Source: Mobula hypostoma | Taxonomy: Eukaryota | NCBI RefSeq assembly: GCF_963921235.1 | Contig: NC_086097.1 | Location: forward strand, 35,032,001-35,096,000 | Length of the DNA stretch: 64,000 bases | Direction: 5' to 3' | Part shown: piece by piece, positions 38,085 through 51,335 of the stretch | Position numbering within the stretch: position 1 is the first letter of the stretch | Layout: the number at the start of each line of letters is the position of its first letter | Translations under genes and position numbers: made by a program | The notes under the pieces: model-generated | What the model saw: the letters and a program-made list of their open reading frames with translations, nothing else | Databases searched by the model: none | What the model was told of the DNA's origin: nothing

Positions 38085-38790
38085 AAAAGGTTCAAAGGTT
38101 CATTTCTTATCAAAGCATGTATCCGTATACAACTCTGAAATTTGCCTTCTCCAGATAGCCACGAAACAAAGAAAGAACTTGAAAGTCGTTCAGAGAAACA
38201 TCAAACCCACACCCCCCATACAAAAAAAACTAACAGAACATCAACCCCCCCCACAAACCCTCTCCCATCACACAACAGAATGGAAAAGGAACAGATGATA
38301 AAAAACACAGAATATAAAAATCTTAAGTCTAAAAAAGTCCACAATCCATAAACGCAGAACAATGACACCATCCTCCGATTTCACCGACATTCATTGAAAG
38401 AGAGGAACACCACATGAGGCAGAGGCCTACCCGCCTGTCACAGCGAGGCACACAGTGATAGGCCGCTCACAGACTCCGTCTCGGCCACGATCAAAAGGCA
38501 GGTAGTCAGCGCTGAACTTTCACTCGCCTTCCATGTTCGTCTCGATATCACAGTCTTCCTCGATGCTTTAATCAGCAAAGTGAAGTCTAACATTGATTCA
38601 CGGCCCTTCCTGAAGTTTCTTTGCATCGAGGTCGTTCGAGTATGTGCTTGCTTCCTCTAATCTTCTCGGAGACAGCAAAGTGCTGGATTGGTCAATCGAT
38701 CTCCAAACTGTAAATCACAGGCTCTAACAGTCCCAGAAACACATTTAAGGTGAAAGGCGGATGGAAAAGGAGTAAAAAAAAATTTTTTTG
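38085..38790 (-). mobile_element. Non-coding retroposon with Rex1-type 3' tail
   Basis: Reverse-complement tail AATTTCAGAGTTGTATAC...TTTGATAAGAAATGAACCTTTGAACC. Confidence 0.5.
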
Positions 38791-40029
38791 TGTGAAGTGA
38801 AGTGAAGGAAAGGAGAGAAATTTGATGGTCAGATAGGGTACACTTGCAGGTTTAACTGGAACATTCTGATGTTTAAATCTTTAAATAATTCTGAAAACTT
38901 CCAAAAAGCATTCAGTTTTTTCTTCATTTTAAAAAAGCTTTAAGTTCATAACACTCAAAAGCATTCTACAGCATAATTACTTTAAAACACAATATTAATT
39001 AACAAACATTTAAATATTTAAAAACTCAGGATTTAAAGTTATTTTAAATTATATTTTTATAATAATAGCCATCTGCAATGATTTTTACTAACAAATTCTT
39101 ATGTGCATCTTTTATATAGGTTCACTGGCATTGGATTCAATGAGGCAATTTCATTTACATCGCCTTTTATACAAACAAGCCAGTTCTGACACAAACAAGT
39201 ATCATATTATTGGAAAGGTCATACACCTGGATAATAACTCAGTTTTTCTCTCTCCATGGACACTGCCTGATCAGCTGGGTATTTCTGGTATTCCACTTCT
39301 GGTTTTAGGTTTTGACATCAGTACTGCACAACATTAATGTATCCTTTCTCCAACTGCTTTTGTTAAGTTGTTAATGAGACAGTTCTATAAACAACTGGAA
39401 AACCTTGGCAATGCTGGCATCAGTCTATCAAATATATTCCCTTCGTTATCCACCCCTTCTCCAAGTACAATAACTCTGCAAGTACAATAACTTGGTTTTT
39501 CACTTTTCCAGTTCTGATGTTAATTCTGTTTGTCTTTCCAGATGCTGCCTGACTGACGAAGTATTTCCACCATTTTCTGTTCTTATTTCAGACTTCCAAC
39601 ATCCTCAGTCTTTTTTTTTGATTTGCTACTTGATCAATGCCCCAAACATTATTATGCTCCTAGTAAATTTTTTAAGTTAGTTAAAAATTGCAGGTAGTAA
39701 AAATATCTTAATACAATTTAGTCATAACCATACAAGTAAAAATTCTTAATGCAATTTACTCATAACCATACTACAGAGGAAAAGAACCTTCAGCTGAACG
39801 ACTTTTTACTGACCATCAAGTACCCATCACTTTACATTAAGCCTACAGTATTTACAATTGTTTTATTCTCATCAACCTATCCCACTACTCCGCCCCCAAA
39901 TTAGATAAATCACCTAAATACTGGGAGCAAATTGCACTGACCATCTAACCTGTCTGTATTTGAAATGCATGAAGAAACTGGAGCATCAAAGAGGAAACTT
40001 ACAACGGTCAAAGTCAAACATGCAGGATT

Positions 40030-40124
40030 GACTGACGAAGGGTCTCGGCCTGAAACGTCGACTGCACCTCTTCCTAGAGATGCTGCCTGGCCTGCTGCGT
40101 TCACCAGCAACTTTGATGTGTGTT
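40030..40124 (+). mobile_element. Young 95-bp Penelope-derived insertion with hammerhead core and 12-bp TSD
   Basis: ACATGCAGGATT at 40018-40029 and 40125-40136; CTGACGA at 40032-40038; GAAACGTC-GACT follows. Confidence 0.85.
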
Positions 40125-41449
40125 ACATGCAGGATTTAACCGGTGAAAACGGAGCTGTCCACCAGCCACAGCTCAACTAGCTAATTGACATCGATGATTA
40201 TTTGATGCAAGATGTTCATGCAACTGACAACCAACTTCAGTAGAAATATGTCACTGTGTTTTCCAGGCAGTTTTCTTTACGTTCAGCAGACAGCAGCGTC
40301 AAATTGCCACCTATGTACAATCTCAGTAAAGTCATGCATCCCAAGTGGAGATTACTACAGTATTGGTTAATCCTGTGCTTTTTATGTTCACAAATGTACA
40401 TAGACATACTATATATACAAAATGGGTAAGTGTAGCATGATTTATTGATATGAAATGCACAAAGAACCTTCATTTGACACCTCTAGTAATAAAAATTCAG
40501 AAAATTGGATCAGTGTCTTCTGACGTACTAGTTAAGGCCTTCTTTGTGGCAGCTATGTCACGAAGGAGTTTACAGATTCAAGTTAACTAGCTTACCACTT
40601 AAGCTAATTTAGTTCTTTTTTAAACTTTTGACCTTAAGTACTTCTGACTGCAATGTCAGATGCTCTATATTAGTCAACAAGTCAATGTAATCATAAACAC
40701 ATGCATCATAATGAATAAGCAACATTAGACCATTATACAATGTTAACTTGTTTGGTTCATAATCAAATTTCTACTTTGCATCAATACTGCTAATATCCAT
40801 GCTGCTAATTCTTTTATCAATTCAATCCCTCTGATTGTTAACGATCAAAATCAAGCCCCAAGTCCATTGTAGTTGAGGCTAACTTGATTCTACTCCAATT
40901 CTGAGAGGTCAAAAATGCCCAAGTGTTAGTACTTTTAAGGTAACGTACCAAGTACCCCAAATGGCAAGACAAGAGTAAGATCATGGTCCAACAGCAAGTC
41001 CAAGATAACTGAAGGCTAGGCAATACTACACAGATAACAGAAACGTGCACACATACACACTGACCATAGACAGATAAACACGTACAGTCTTGTGCACATC
41101 TTCCATAGCTCATTCCTTACACAACCCCACTATGATCTCCTCTCTCCCTCCTTTCGCACTGCAGTCTGTCCCTCCGCCTGCAGTGCCTGCCTCTCTCTAC
41201 TTAAACTTGTCCCTCATTATCTTTCCTCTGAGCTTGCTACCAGTTACACCTTTTCATAAGTCAGAGGGTTTTAACAGTAGTCTGTTTAGCATTATTCATA
41301 GTTACTTTGTTTGTAGATCCACTTAATAATAGTCATTCAAGTTCCAACCTGTTAGCTTTGGATTTGAACTCATAACTCGCCTTTAGTTTTGTTCTAGTAA
41401 CAAACTATAGGCTACCATACACTGCCTGTCAAAAGTAAGTGTGTTAGAG

Positions 41450-41757
41450 TATCTGTTTCCCAGGGTTGAAATGTCTAATACCAGAGGCATGCATTGAAGG
41501 TGAGAGGGGTAGGTTCAAGGGGATGTGAGGGGCAAGTTTTTTTACTCAGAGAGTTGTGGGACGTCTGATATGTGCTGCCTGGTATGGTGGTACAGGCAAA
41601 TACGTTACAGGCTTTCAAGAGACGTATGGATAGACACATGGATGTAAGGAAGAGCAAGGGATACTGACACTGTGTAGGTAGGAGGGATTTGTGTTTGGGT
41701 GTTTCTGTTTTGCACAACACTTTTGAACTGTCCCTGTGCTGTACTGTTCTATGTTCT
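41450..41757 (+). mobile_element. CR1 3' end
   Basis: TRGHALKVRG piece; CTGTACTGTTCTATGTTCTA tail. Confidence 0.75.
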
Positions 41758-42729
41758 AAAATCCGAGCAAATATCTGCTGATTACCACTGAATTACAACA
41801 GTGACAAAAATATACACTTCAACGGCATGTTCCGCCTCTTGAAAAAAAATGAACTTCCAATAAAAGTGTTGTTGATGAAATCTAAATAACATTCAAGTTA
41901 ATCCAGTTTGTCGCTAGATGCATTATTAAAAATGCTTTATCCTCAAGCAGTTTCTTCAACAAAATAGCTTAGCTATTTTACTTAACTCCAGATAACAGAG
42001 AACTATTAAATCTACAATTTTTTAAAATTGCATGGACACTTGGAATATTAAGGAATAAATCTGAAAAACCTAATTATTTTAAATAGAGATCTTTAAAAAA
42101 AAAGATATAAAGTTCAACTGTTAGATAAATTGGTTATAAATACATTGGCTGAATTCCTTCTGCTATAATTCCTCACCTCCCCTGAACGATCGTTACTTAC
42201 TGGCCATGAGCATTTCTTTGGGTATAGTCAGTGATGCAGGAAATCAATTAAATCGAGAACAGTTCGTAAATAAGAAACGAAGTGCATAAATGAAGATGGA
42301 ATGTTGATAAACGAGTAAGATACAAGCAGAATTTTAAAACAAGCAGGATTTATGGAACTTGGAGAATGGGAGACATGAAATTACAAGCATATCAACAAAC
42401 ATAATTGAGGCTTTCGATAGCAGATGACTGAGTTTGGTGAAAAAGCTGTTGATACCGAGCTGGTATAAGAAGCAGTCTTTGCAATGAAGATAATGCAACA
42501 ATTGAAGTTCACCTCAGGATTGAGGTAGGTATTTTAGCCTGGAAAGCAGATGATAGATGTGATTTAAGTGGGTAATGGAAGTACCAACTTTTTTTCTGCA
42601 GTTGATAACACGACATACACAGAGCAAATCTCCAGATTTTCTTGTAGTTGCTAACAAAAGCACAGAACCCCAGTAGGATTAAGGGGGCCGGATATGTTCA
42701 CCAGAATTGTCGGTGAACAATGTTTTCCA

Positions 42730-42900
42730 ATGCCTCAAAGGTGTCTCCAGCAGGTAATCTATGTTTCAGAAGTCTGTGAAAGAACAAGAGCCGCTGCTTC
42801 CTCATATACAGTTAGTTTTGTACAAGGTTTGAGGTCTTGAGTTTCAAACATCCTTTTCCTCAATCAACAAAAGACTGCTGGTGTACTGAAGGCAATAACG
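42730..42900 (-). mobile_element. RTE-like RT relic
   Basis: Minus strand reads LQYTSS....LRKRMFETQDLKPCTKLTVYEEA. Confidence 0.5.
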
Positions 42901-43104
42901 AATTTTCATTTCTTATTTTCCTCTCATTTCTGTAATCACCTTTCTATAATTCTCCAGCATATTTGCATTCATTCAATTTGGTCCCATTCAGATATAATTG
43001 CTGGCCCTACCTATAACTGCCAAGGATAGATGCTATTCAGTTCCAACCTAAAAACTCTTATGCATTTCTACCTATTCTTCAAGTTCTTTTCCTCTGACTG
43101 TACA

Positions 43105-44235
43105 TATCTACAGCCCAACGAAACAACATTCATCTAGACAGTGCTGCAATCACAATACACATGTACAACACAGCAGGTACAGTAAAACAAACATAACAAA
43201 TATGATAAAATATAATTGAAAATACATGTGAATTATGCAGCGGAGGTAAACAGCTCACTGACCCAGTGACGAGATCTCGGTGGTGGCACGGTATTCGTTA
43301 GTCTCACAGCCTGAGGGAAGAGGCTGTTACACAGTCTGGCAAGTCCTAGTCCTGATGCTCCTGCACCTCCTCCTGATGGCAGTGGGTTAAAGAGATTGTG
43401 GAATGGCTGGTAGGGATCCTCAACAATGCTTTGGGCTTGGATGCAGCTTAGTACAGGTATCTGTCATTACAAGTACATTTGTTCAACTTTCCAGATGGCA
43501 CCACAGCATCATGACTTGATGCATTCGGGGTCTCTATTCCACCTATAAAAGGTATTTATCAGGAGTACTGCATACGCAGGGCCACTAGCTTTGTCAATGA
43601 ACCCTCCCATCCATCCATTTTATAATTTACCTGTACAGTACTGCACTTTCTCTGCAGCTGTTACATTTTATTCTGCATTCAGAGTTCAAAGTAAATTTAT
43701 CGTCAAAGTGCATACATGTCACCTTATGCTACCTTGAGATTCGTTTTCTTGTGGGCATTCACATTAAGTACAAACAAACAGAATAGAATCAATGAAAAAC
43801 CACGCACTAATGTGACCATAGACCAACAACTAATGTGCAAAAGACAAAAACTGTGCAAATAGAACAAAGAAAAAAATGAACCAAATAATAATAATAATAA
43901 TAAATAAATAAGCAATAAATATTGAGATGAAAAGTCTTTGAAAGTGAGTCCATAAGTTTGGGAGCAGTTCAGTGTTGGGATGAGTGGTTGAAGAGCCGGG
44001 TGGTTGAGGGGTAATAACTGTTCCTGAACTAGGTGGTGTGGGTCCTGAGGCTCCTGTACCCCTTTACTGATGGCAGCAGTGAGAAGACAAGATGGTCTGG
44101 ATAGTGGGGTCCTTGATCATGGATTGCTTTACGTTCTTCTAGCTCAATGTACTGTTTAACAAACTGATCCGTATGAACAATATGCAAGACAAGCTTTTCA
44201 GTGCTTCTTGGTACATGTGACAATACCGATAGCGA
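43105..44235. mobile_element. Cluster of Rex1-like 3' fragments in both orientations
   Basis: Repeated LLPSG.RYRSL-type codings (e.g. 44029-44120 minus) and family tails. Confidence 0.6.
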
Positions 44236-44932
44236 AATTCAATAACAATGGAAGTCTTTGAATAGAGACAGTGCCAGAGATCTGCAAAGTAGACCATATT
44301 TTTATTGTTAGATGCTGTAAATTGGGGAGAGGTTGGGAGAAACTTTAATCTTTCTGATATTGAATGCAAGGCCAATCCTCTTATAAGCCTCATTGAATGT
44401 CAATGATAGCTTGGAGCCCGGCCTTCCAGCGCATGCAACTGCAAGCATCATCTGGATGCAGCAGTTTAACTAATGAGATTTGGGTACACTGGGTTCTGCA
44501 GTGTGGAGGCCATAGGTTGAATATTCTTCCTTTAACTAGCAACTGTTATGGATAAATAAAATATACTTTTGTACTTTTCATATTAGTATGTTTGTCAGCA
44601 TTTAGCTGTGGGAAAAAACATGCACTTAGTGCGCATATCAGATAGGAATCAAAATATCACTACTTCTGCACAAAGAAAGACATCACATTCTGATCACGGG
44701 GTTAGAAAATAGATTACTGCTTTGAAAAAAATAAAATGCAATTTCAATGAGTAATATTTTATCCTAATTATGCACTGGAAACATGCATACTAAACCACAT
44801 AATTGTCTGGAGTATGTACATAATATGCTGTTGGCTTTAATGCTCTGAACTAGCATCAGCAAATATCTGCTTTTTGCTTTAAAAACAAAGCCGAGAAGAA
44901 ACTCAAACCTTATTTAGAATGCCAGTGGTCTG

Positions 44933-45231
44933 ATTTATTTATTTATACACAGCGCTCAACAGGCCCTACCAGCCCAATGAGTAGCACCACCCCCCAACAA
45001 CCTATGTAACACTCGCCTAAGCGCAGGACAATTTACAATGACCAACCAACCTACTATCTGGTATGTATTTGGACCGTGGAAGGTAACTGTAGCACCCAGA
45101 TGAAGCCCGCGCAACCACAGGGAGACCAGAACATACATACTCCTTGCAAATGGCGCTGGAATTGAACTCCTAATTCCAAACGGCCCCAGATGTAATGGCA
45201 TCATGCTGACCACCACGCTACCGTCGTGCCC
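44933..45231 (-). mobile_element. V-SINE
   Basis: Head GGGCACGACGGTAGCGTGGTGG, GAGTTCAATTCC; decayed V domain. Confidence 0.75.
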
Positions 45232-47684
45232 AATACTGATTCCAACATTAGCTAAATATTCATTTCATCTCTGAATTGAGTTAAAATCCCTACAATTACT
45301 CCGACAAAATCTGAAGTTCAGTCAAAAAATACTAACAATTTTGAAAATGGTCAATCCTATAAATTTGGTTAAATTATATTCCATATTATTAGATTTTAAG
45401 AAGTGTGCTGATGACTGCATTCTGAAATCAGGTGAATGCTATAAAGCAAATAAAAGGATAAGCTGATTCTAGTCAACTAAATTTAAATTTGAACTAAAAT
45501 AGAATTATGGCCATTTGTTTAACATTCAGTTGGAACAAATAGATCTTTTTAACTGCTGCTGCCTAATATAACTCATCTCAGCTAACAGAATGTAGTATAT
45601 CTTTGGTAGATAATAAATATCAAAATTAACACAATTTCAATAAATTGCAGACAGTAAAATTTTCTATGGTGACTACACCATGTTCAACATTTTTTTCCTG
45701 TAACTATTACACACTAAATGATATTCATAATGTGATCACCATCTTCACTGTATGACATGTTTAGTTGTATGCTTTGAAATAATCTTTCTTGCTTTGTTTT
45801 TGTTTGTTAAATTAGCTTGCACTCCAGCAAGCATATCATATTTACTTCATCGGCCAAACAGCTTGATTTGATCAATAAGGGACTGAAAAGGCTGTAGTCT
45901 GAAAGAAAAATATTGGCTTGATTTACTGTAGACATTCTGAAATGAGCATCACATCTGTGCTGACCTATTCAGCTGGAACTGCAGTACAGTACTTCTCTGC
46001 TCAATCTGTTTGGGTAATTCATTACAAACGGTAATTATACATCACAGTGAACGGCAATTAGCTTGGGGCCAATTAAATGTTATCCCAAGGATTCACGTGA
46101 GTGCTCACAACTTCTTCTAGGGTTTTACCCTTCCTTTTTCACATTCAGTAAACCCGTGAAATAATTAATTGCAGACCACCTAAAAATAAGATTGAATTTA
46201 CTGTACTATTTTTTTGAATATACATTTACTAAATCCTGGCTGGAACGATATACCAAGCTCTTGGAACGAGCTTGAAGATGCCAATAATTTAATCCACATT
46301 AAAAGTTTTGCACGATTTTTTTTGAAATGGTAAGCATATTTTTAAATTATTCCAGAATTCCCCTCCATAATTAGTACTAAATCTCCCAATGGAGGGAAAA
46401 AAACTGTTGTGTAAGGAAAATTCAGAAAAGAAATCTGACTATAGTGGGTCATATGCTGAAAATAAATTCCAGTTTGTGAACTAATTTTGTGATCATCTTG
46501 TGGTCATATACAAATTATATTAACAGTGACAGCACAACAACTTCGCTGCTTTGTCTCAAATTCAACTCCTATCTATAATAAATTCAACCAGAAACAACTG
46601 GAAGTGATATAGTACACACATTACTCACATTGCAGGAAACTTTTTTCCTTCCTCTGCACACCAGATCATTCTCTTAAAAGTTAGCGGCAACTCCGTTGCA
46701 TGGCTCAGTGGGAGCTATGCAAGTGTATGCTTGGACTGCAAATGTCAGTAGGCAGTCTTACTCTTGGCAGCTTTACATCGAAAAGCTAATCTTATCCTCG
46801 CATGACATTTTCATGTACAAACCAGAGTACAGTAATCCCATCTTTTTAGATCCCTTCCTCTACTCTGGGACGATACCAATTAAGCTGTATACTATTACCT
46901 TAACCATACGCAGCTAAATGAACAGTGATGATAGATTTGACTATTCTGGACATGCCATTCAGTTATGCAATGGATGGAATTGCTGATCCTGAGCTTCCAG
47001 CATGTTGCCTATTGAAGTTGAGCAAGTTCACAATAGAGTTAGTGTACTTCAGCTCCAGCGCAAAACTAACTAGCGCTTATTAACAGTTGAATTTGAACTG
47101 CTGCCTTGTCTTGACATTATTACTTTGACTTCGAAAAGTAGAAGAATGAGTAATTGATTGACTAACCATTTTCTAAAGACATTTAACAATAGTACTTTCT
47201 TAATAGCCATACAGTGGGTTACTGTTTAAAAAAAAGTCAAATTATATGTGACATTAAGGGATCTCCAAATAAAGTGGAAGCAAGCTGACTCCTGAGAACT
47301 GCCTAGGAGCACTATTTCCATGTTCCCAAGCAAATCACATGCTGGATGGACGTGGAAATTTAATCACTTAATTTTGGCATTGATGGATTAAGATCCTACA
47401 GCTCCCTACATTGCAATACAGGTGACCCCCACTTTGTAGGGAAAGGGCGGGAGGGGGGACGGCTGCATTTCTAGAGTATGGTCTGTATCACAATTTTACA
47501 GAACGTGATGTCGCGTCGTCTGCGACTGCCCCAAGAAACTCAAGCCGAACAAAAATAGTACTTACTTCTCCCCACGCAAACTCCATGAGAGTGAATCTAA
47601 TTCTGCAACTCAAGTTTTTGGGTAGTGATATGTGAATTTTGTAAAGGTGAATTTCTATAATCTGAATGGTTGCAACATCCCTAC

Positions 47685-47900
47685 TGTGGGACCGCAGAGT
47701 GGAGGCCAAGTCACTGAGGGGGTGGGGGGGGATATATTTTAAGTGGAGGTTGATAAGTTCTTGATTAGTAAGGGCATCAAGGGTTACAGGGAGGAAGCAA
47801 GAGAATGGACTTGAAAGGGATGATAAGTCAGCCATGATGGAATGGCGGACCAGACCGGATGGGCTGAGTAGCCAAATTTTGCTCCTATGTTTTATGGACT
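47685..47900 (+). mobile_element. CR1 3' end
   Basis: Similar to 30500-30700. Confidence 0.7.
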
Positions 47901-48029
47901 ACCGAACTACTCAAGGCAGCAACTCCCGGTTAATCAGGAATGCAATACTGATATTATTAATATACACATCACATGAATGAATATTAAGATCAAAAATGTT
48001 ATGCTTACGCAGTTCTAGTCATCACCTCA

Positions 48030-48230
48030 GGTCATCCAAATTCCCTTTACAACCAATGATGCAAGTCAGGAAACACAGCTGTCCATTTGTACATGACATG
48101 ATTCCACAAAGAGCACGGTGATAAAAAAAAAGAGCCTCGATTACTTTGATGTTAACTATGGGATAAATGTTTGAAGTGGCACTAGAACTAACTCCGTTGC
48201 TCTTTCACACACTGACATGAGAAATATTAA
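48030..48230 (-). mobile_element. DeuSINE-like relic (3' part)
   Basis: CTTTACAACCAATGA..AGGAAAC..CCACAAA..GGGATAAAT..AACTCC.TTGCTCTT. Confidence 0.45.
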
Positions 48231-49694
48231 ACAATAGTCTAAAGAAATACAAAACACATTGTGCAAATGAAATAGATTTTGTAAAATTGCTAATTATCAT
48301 GGTTGTTAGATATTAACCAACTGGGAATATACTATGGATAGCATGGTTCACACTAATGGAATGCAAATCTAATGCTTACAGTCCGAAGGGAATAAAATAC
48401 GGCACCAGCTATTTCTCATGTTTTACACTCAACATCTGTAAAGCAAAGTGAAGACACAAGAACAAAGATTTTCTGCACCAAAGTTGCATACACACTTGAT
48501 CACACAGCTCTGTGTTTACAACTTGTAAATTTTAAAATGCAACAAGAAAACACAGAACAAAAAAGACTAAAAGTCTTGCAACACTACTTTTGCAATGCAG
48601 AGACTGACACATGGAATCCCATCGGTAAAATATCAGCCAATTCCATCCTCATCACATAACAAAGTGGAAATTGCTGTTTGGTAACATTGATAACACACCC
48701 ACCAGGAAAAATACAAAACCCCTTGACCAGCAAATGCCATGTTCTCTAAGGTGTTCCAATTAATCCATCACAATGTTATAAAACCTGATAAACCACTGAT
48801 GTAATTAACAGTTTGTGTATTGCATGTTATCATAAATGATCTTACCCATTTTCCTTCATGTATAGATTATTTAACTAACTTCATCTCTTTATATTTTGAA
48901 AAAAAAATCTACACTATTATTTTCCATTTAAGATTTATGACTTGTTTATACTGATTCTAGTTAAAAATAAAACTAACAAGGTCAAATCAAAAACTACAAC
49001 ATTGGCTACTCCACCCAGTAAAGCATGATGTAATTTTAAGAACAAAAGCTTATTGTGTTTGGCTCTGAACCCAACTTTTGATCTGCACATCCTGTATCTT
49101 TTGCTCTCTCTCAAATTAGATATTTGTATCACGAGAAGGCCAACCTAAAATTTGAACTAATTGAACTAGCTGAACTAATTGCAAACATCTCACACAAGTA
49201 ACAGCTTCACAGTTCTGTACTCCAGGGTTTCTGCTCGAACCTTCTCTTTCGTAGTGCGTAAGTTGAAATGAATTTTGAGAGACCCATGCCAGGCTTTCCT
49301 ATGGCATAGTCCACTGTGAAACACCAACTGAGATTCACTCTTAAGACCCGCACGTGAAGAACAGACATTTGGATACAGTTTCAAGAGCATGAATATATTT
49401 CATTTTGGGAAAGTAGTCCAGCAAAGATATGAGCATTTTAACAGGAGGAGGTTTAGAATAAGATGCATGTAATTAAAAAGCAATTGCAAGCAAAAAAGTT
49501 CAAAAATCTATTCAATTAAATAGGCATACAAAATGCCAATCAGTGAATCAAATTAAATTTCTCATGCTATGAGAACATAAAAAATCCTTCAAACCAGTGA
49601 AAGTAGATCTCTATGATGGAATTAGGGCTCAAACAAGTAACTAGAATAAGCAGTCTACTGAATTACTCTCCTTTCTCATGTTAAAAATGTCAGG

Positions 49695-50870
49695 ATTCAA
49701 GATTGATTAATGTATTTCCTGTACACAAGTATAAAGGAGAACAAAATCATTGCTACTCCAGATACAATGCAGCACAAGAAAAGCTCAAGATAATAACAAA
49801 CACAATAAATATAAATACATAAGATAGCTTATACAAATAGATTGATTGTATGTCCATAAAGTGATACTCGGCACAGGATTTTCTGTACATGACTGACAGG
49901 AAATGATAAAAGTAGTGGTGGTTGGGGATGTGAAGGACTGGGTTAGTGGGTGGAAGTGTTGATCAGCCTGACTGCTTGGGGAAAGGAACAGTCTTTGAGT
50001 CTGGTGGTCCTGGCATTGACGCTACATAGCCTCCTCCCTGATGGGAATGGGACAAACAGTCCATGAGCAGGGCGGGTGGGATCTTTCATGATGTTACTGG
50101 CCCATTTCCAGCACCTTTCTGTATATACTCTGTGTCTTTGATGGCGATGCTTTGGGCATCCCGTTGTAGAGCCTTCCTGTCCACCACAGTGCAGTTTCTG
50201 TACCAAGCAGTGATGCAGCCTGTTAAGATGCTCTCTACAGCGCATCTGTAGATTGACACGAATATGGATGTATAAAGTCCAGCTCTCTTTAGCCTCCTCA
50301 GAACGTAGAGGCATTGGTGAGCTTTCCTGAGTGTGTAGTATGTTCTGGTACCATGAGAAGTTGTGTGAGATGTGCACTCCCAGGAGTCTGAGAATGTTCA
50401 CAGTTTCCACTGCAGTACCACTGACGTAAAGTAAGGTGCAAGTGGTGCGACTCTCCTGAAGTTGAAAACCATCTTCTTTGTCTTGTAGATATTGAGAAAG
50501 GGGTTATTTTCCCGGTACAAGGCCTCTTCCACCTCCTCTCTGTAGGCCATCTCATCGTCGGCGATGAGGTCCAGCAGTGTTGAGTCATCGGTGAACTTGA
50601 CAGTGTGATTACTCGGGTGTTTGGCTGTGTAGTTGCGTGCGAGCAGAGTGTACAGCAATAGGCTCAGCACTCAGCCCTGGGGGGCAGTGGAACTGAGGAT
50701 GATGGGGAGGGAGGAACAGTCATGCATCCTGACTATCTGGAGGTCCGTTGGTTAGGAAGTCCAACGCCCAGCTGTACAGTGGTGTATTTGGACAGAGGAG
50801 TAGGAGTTTGTTCACCAAGATCTGAATGTTGAACTGAAATCCAAGAAATAGCATTCTGACATGAGTGGAA
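49695..50870 (-). mobile_element. Rex1-like RT 3' fragment
   Basis: PQG*VLS, KFTDD, MKDPTRPAHGLF..PSGRR. Confidence 0.8.
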
Positions 50871-51139
50871 GGGAACCCCTTATTAAACTCTGCAAACAGA
50901 GAAATAAGGTTGAAATTTTATAAGCTGACTTTTTTTTAAAAAAAAGTTATTTGAAGTCACGTTGCCTGTATTTCTCCTTAAATTCTTGACCAGATACCAC
51001 CTCTGTAAGTCTGGGAAGATACACAGATGTAACAAATCCCTACTCATTAACACTTAGTAAAATGTAAAGTAACACTCATCAATTAGTGAGCAATGTCCCT
51101 TAAATTGCAGAGATAAAGACTCAATAATTTATCTTCGTA

Positions 51140-51335
51140 ACCAACGTTGATTGAGGGATAACTATTGCAGGAAAACTCCCTGCTCTGCTTCAAACAGTGT
51201 CATGATTTTTACATCTGTTTAAGAGGGCAGCCAAACTTCCCCCTGGAATGGTTCACCTCTGAGAATTCGGTTCTCCCTCAGAAAATTGCACATCAGCCAA
51301 GAGTTTGTGCTCAAACTGTGGCATGCGACCTGAAG
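51140..51335 (-). mobile_element. DeuSINE (SacSINE1/AmnSINE1-like) relic
   Basis: GAGGGATAA..AACTCCCTGCTCTGCTTCAAACAGTGTCATG..GAGGGCAG..CTCCCTCAG..GTGCTCAA resembles the recalled Deu-domain consensus (reverse). Confidence 0.55.

Noticed and set aside
39695..39771. Short tandem duplications (~39 bp here; ~22 bp at 18695-18736; ~17 bp at 39462-39492) as a CRISPR-like array
   Set aside because: Two-copy local duplications without spacers; ordinary slippage.
40836..41276. Possible solo LTR (TGTTAA...TTAACA)
   Set aside because: No target-site duplication and no second copy in the window.
47417..47680. Tigger-like MITE starting TACAGGTGACCCC
   Set aside because: No matching right TIR could be identified.
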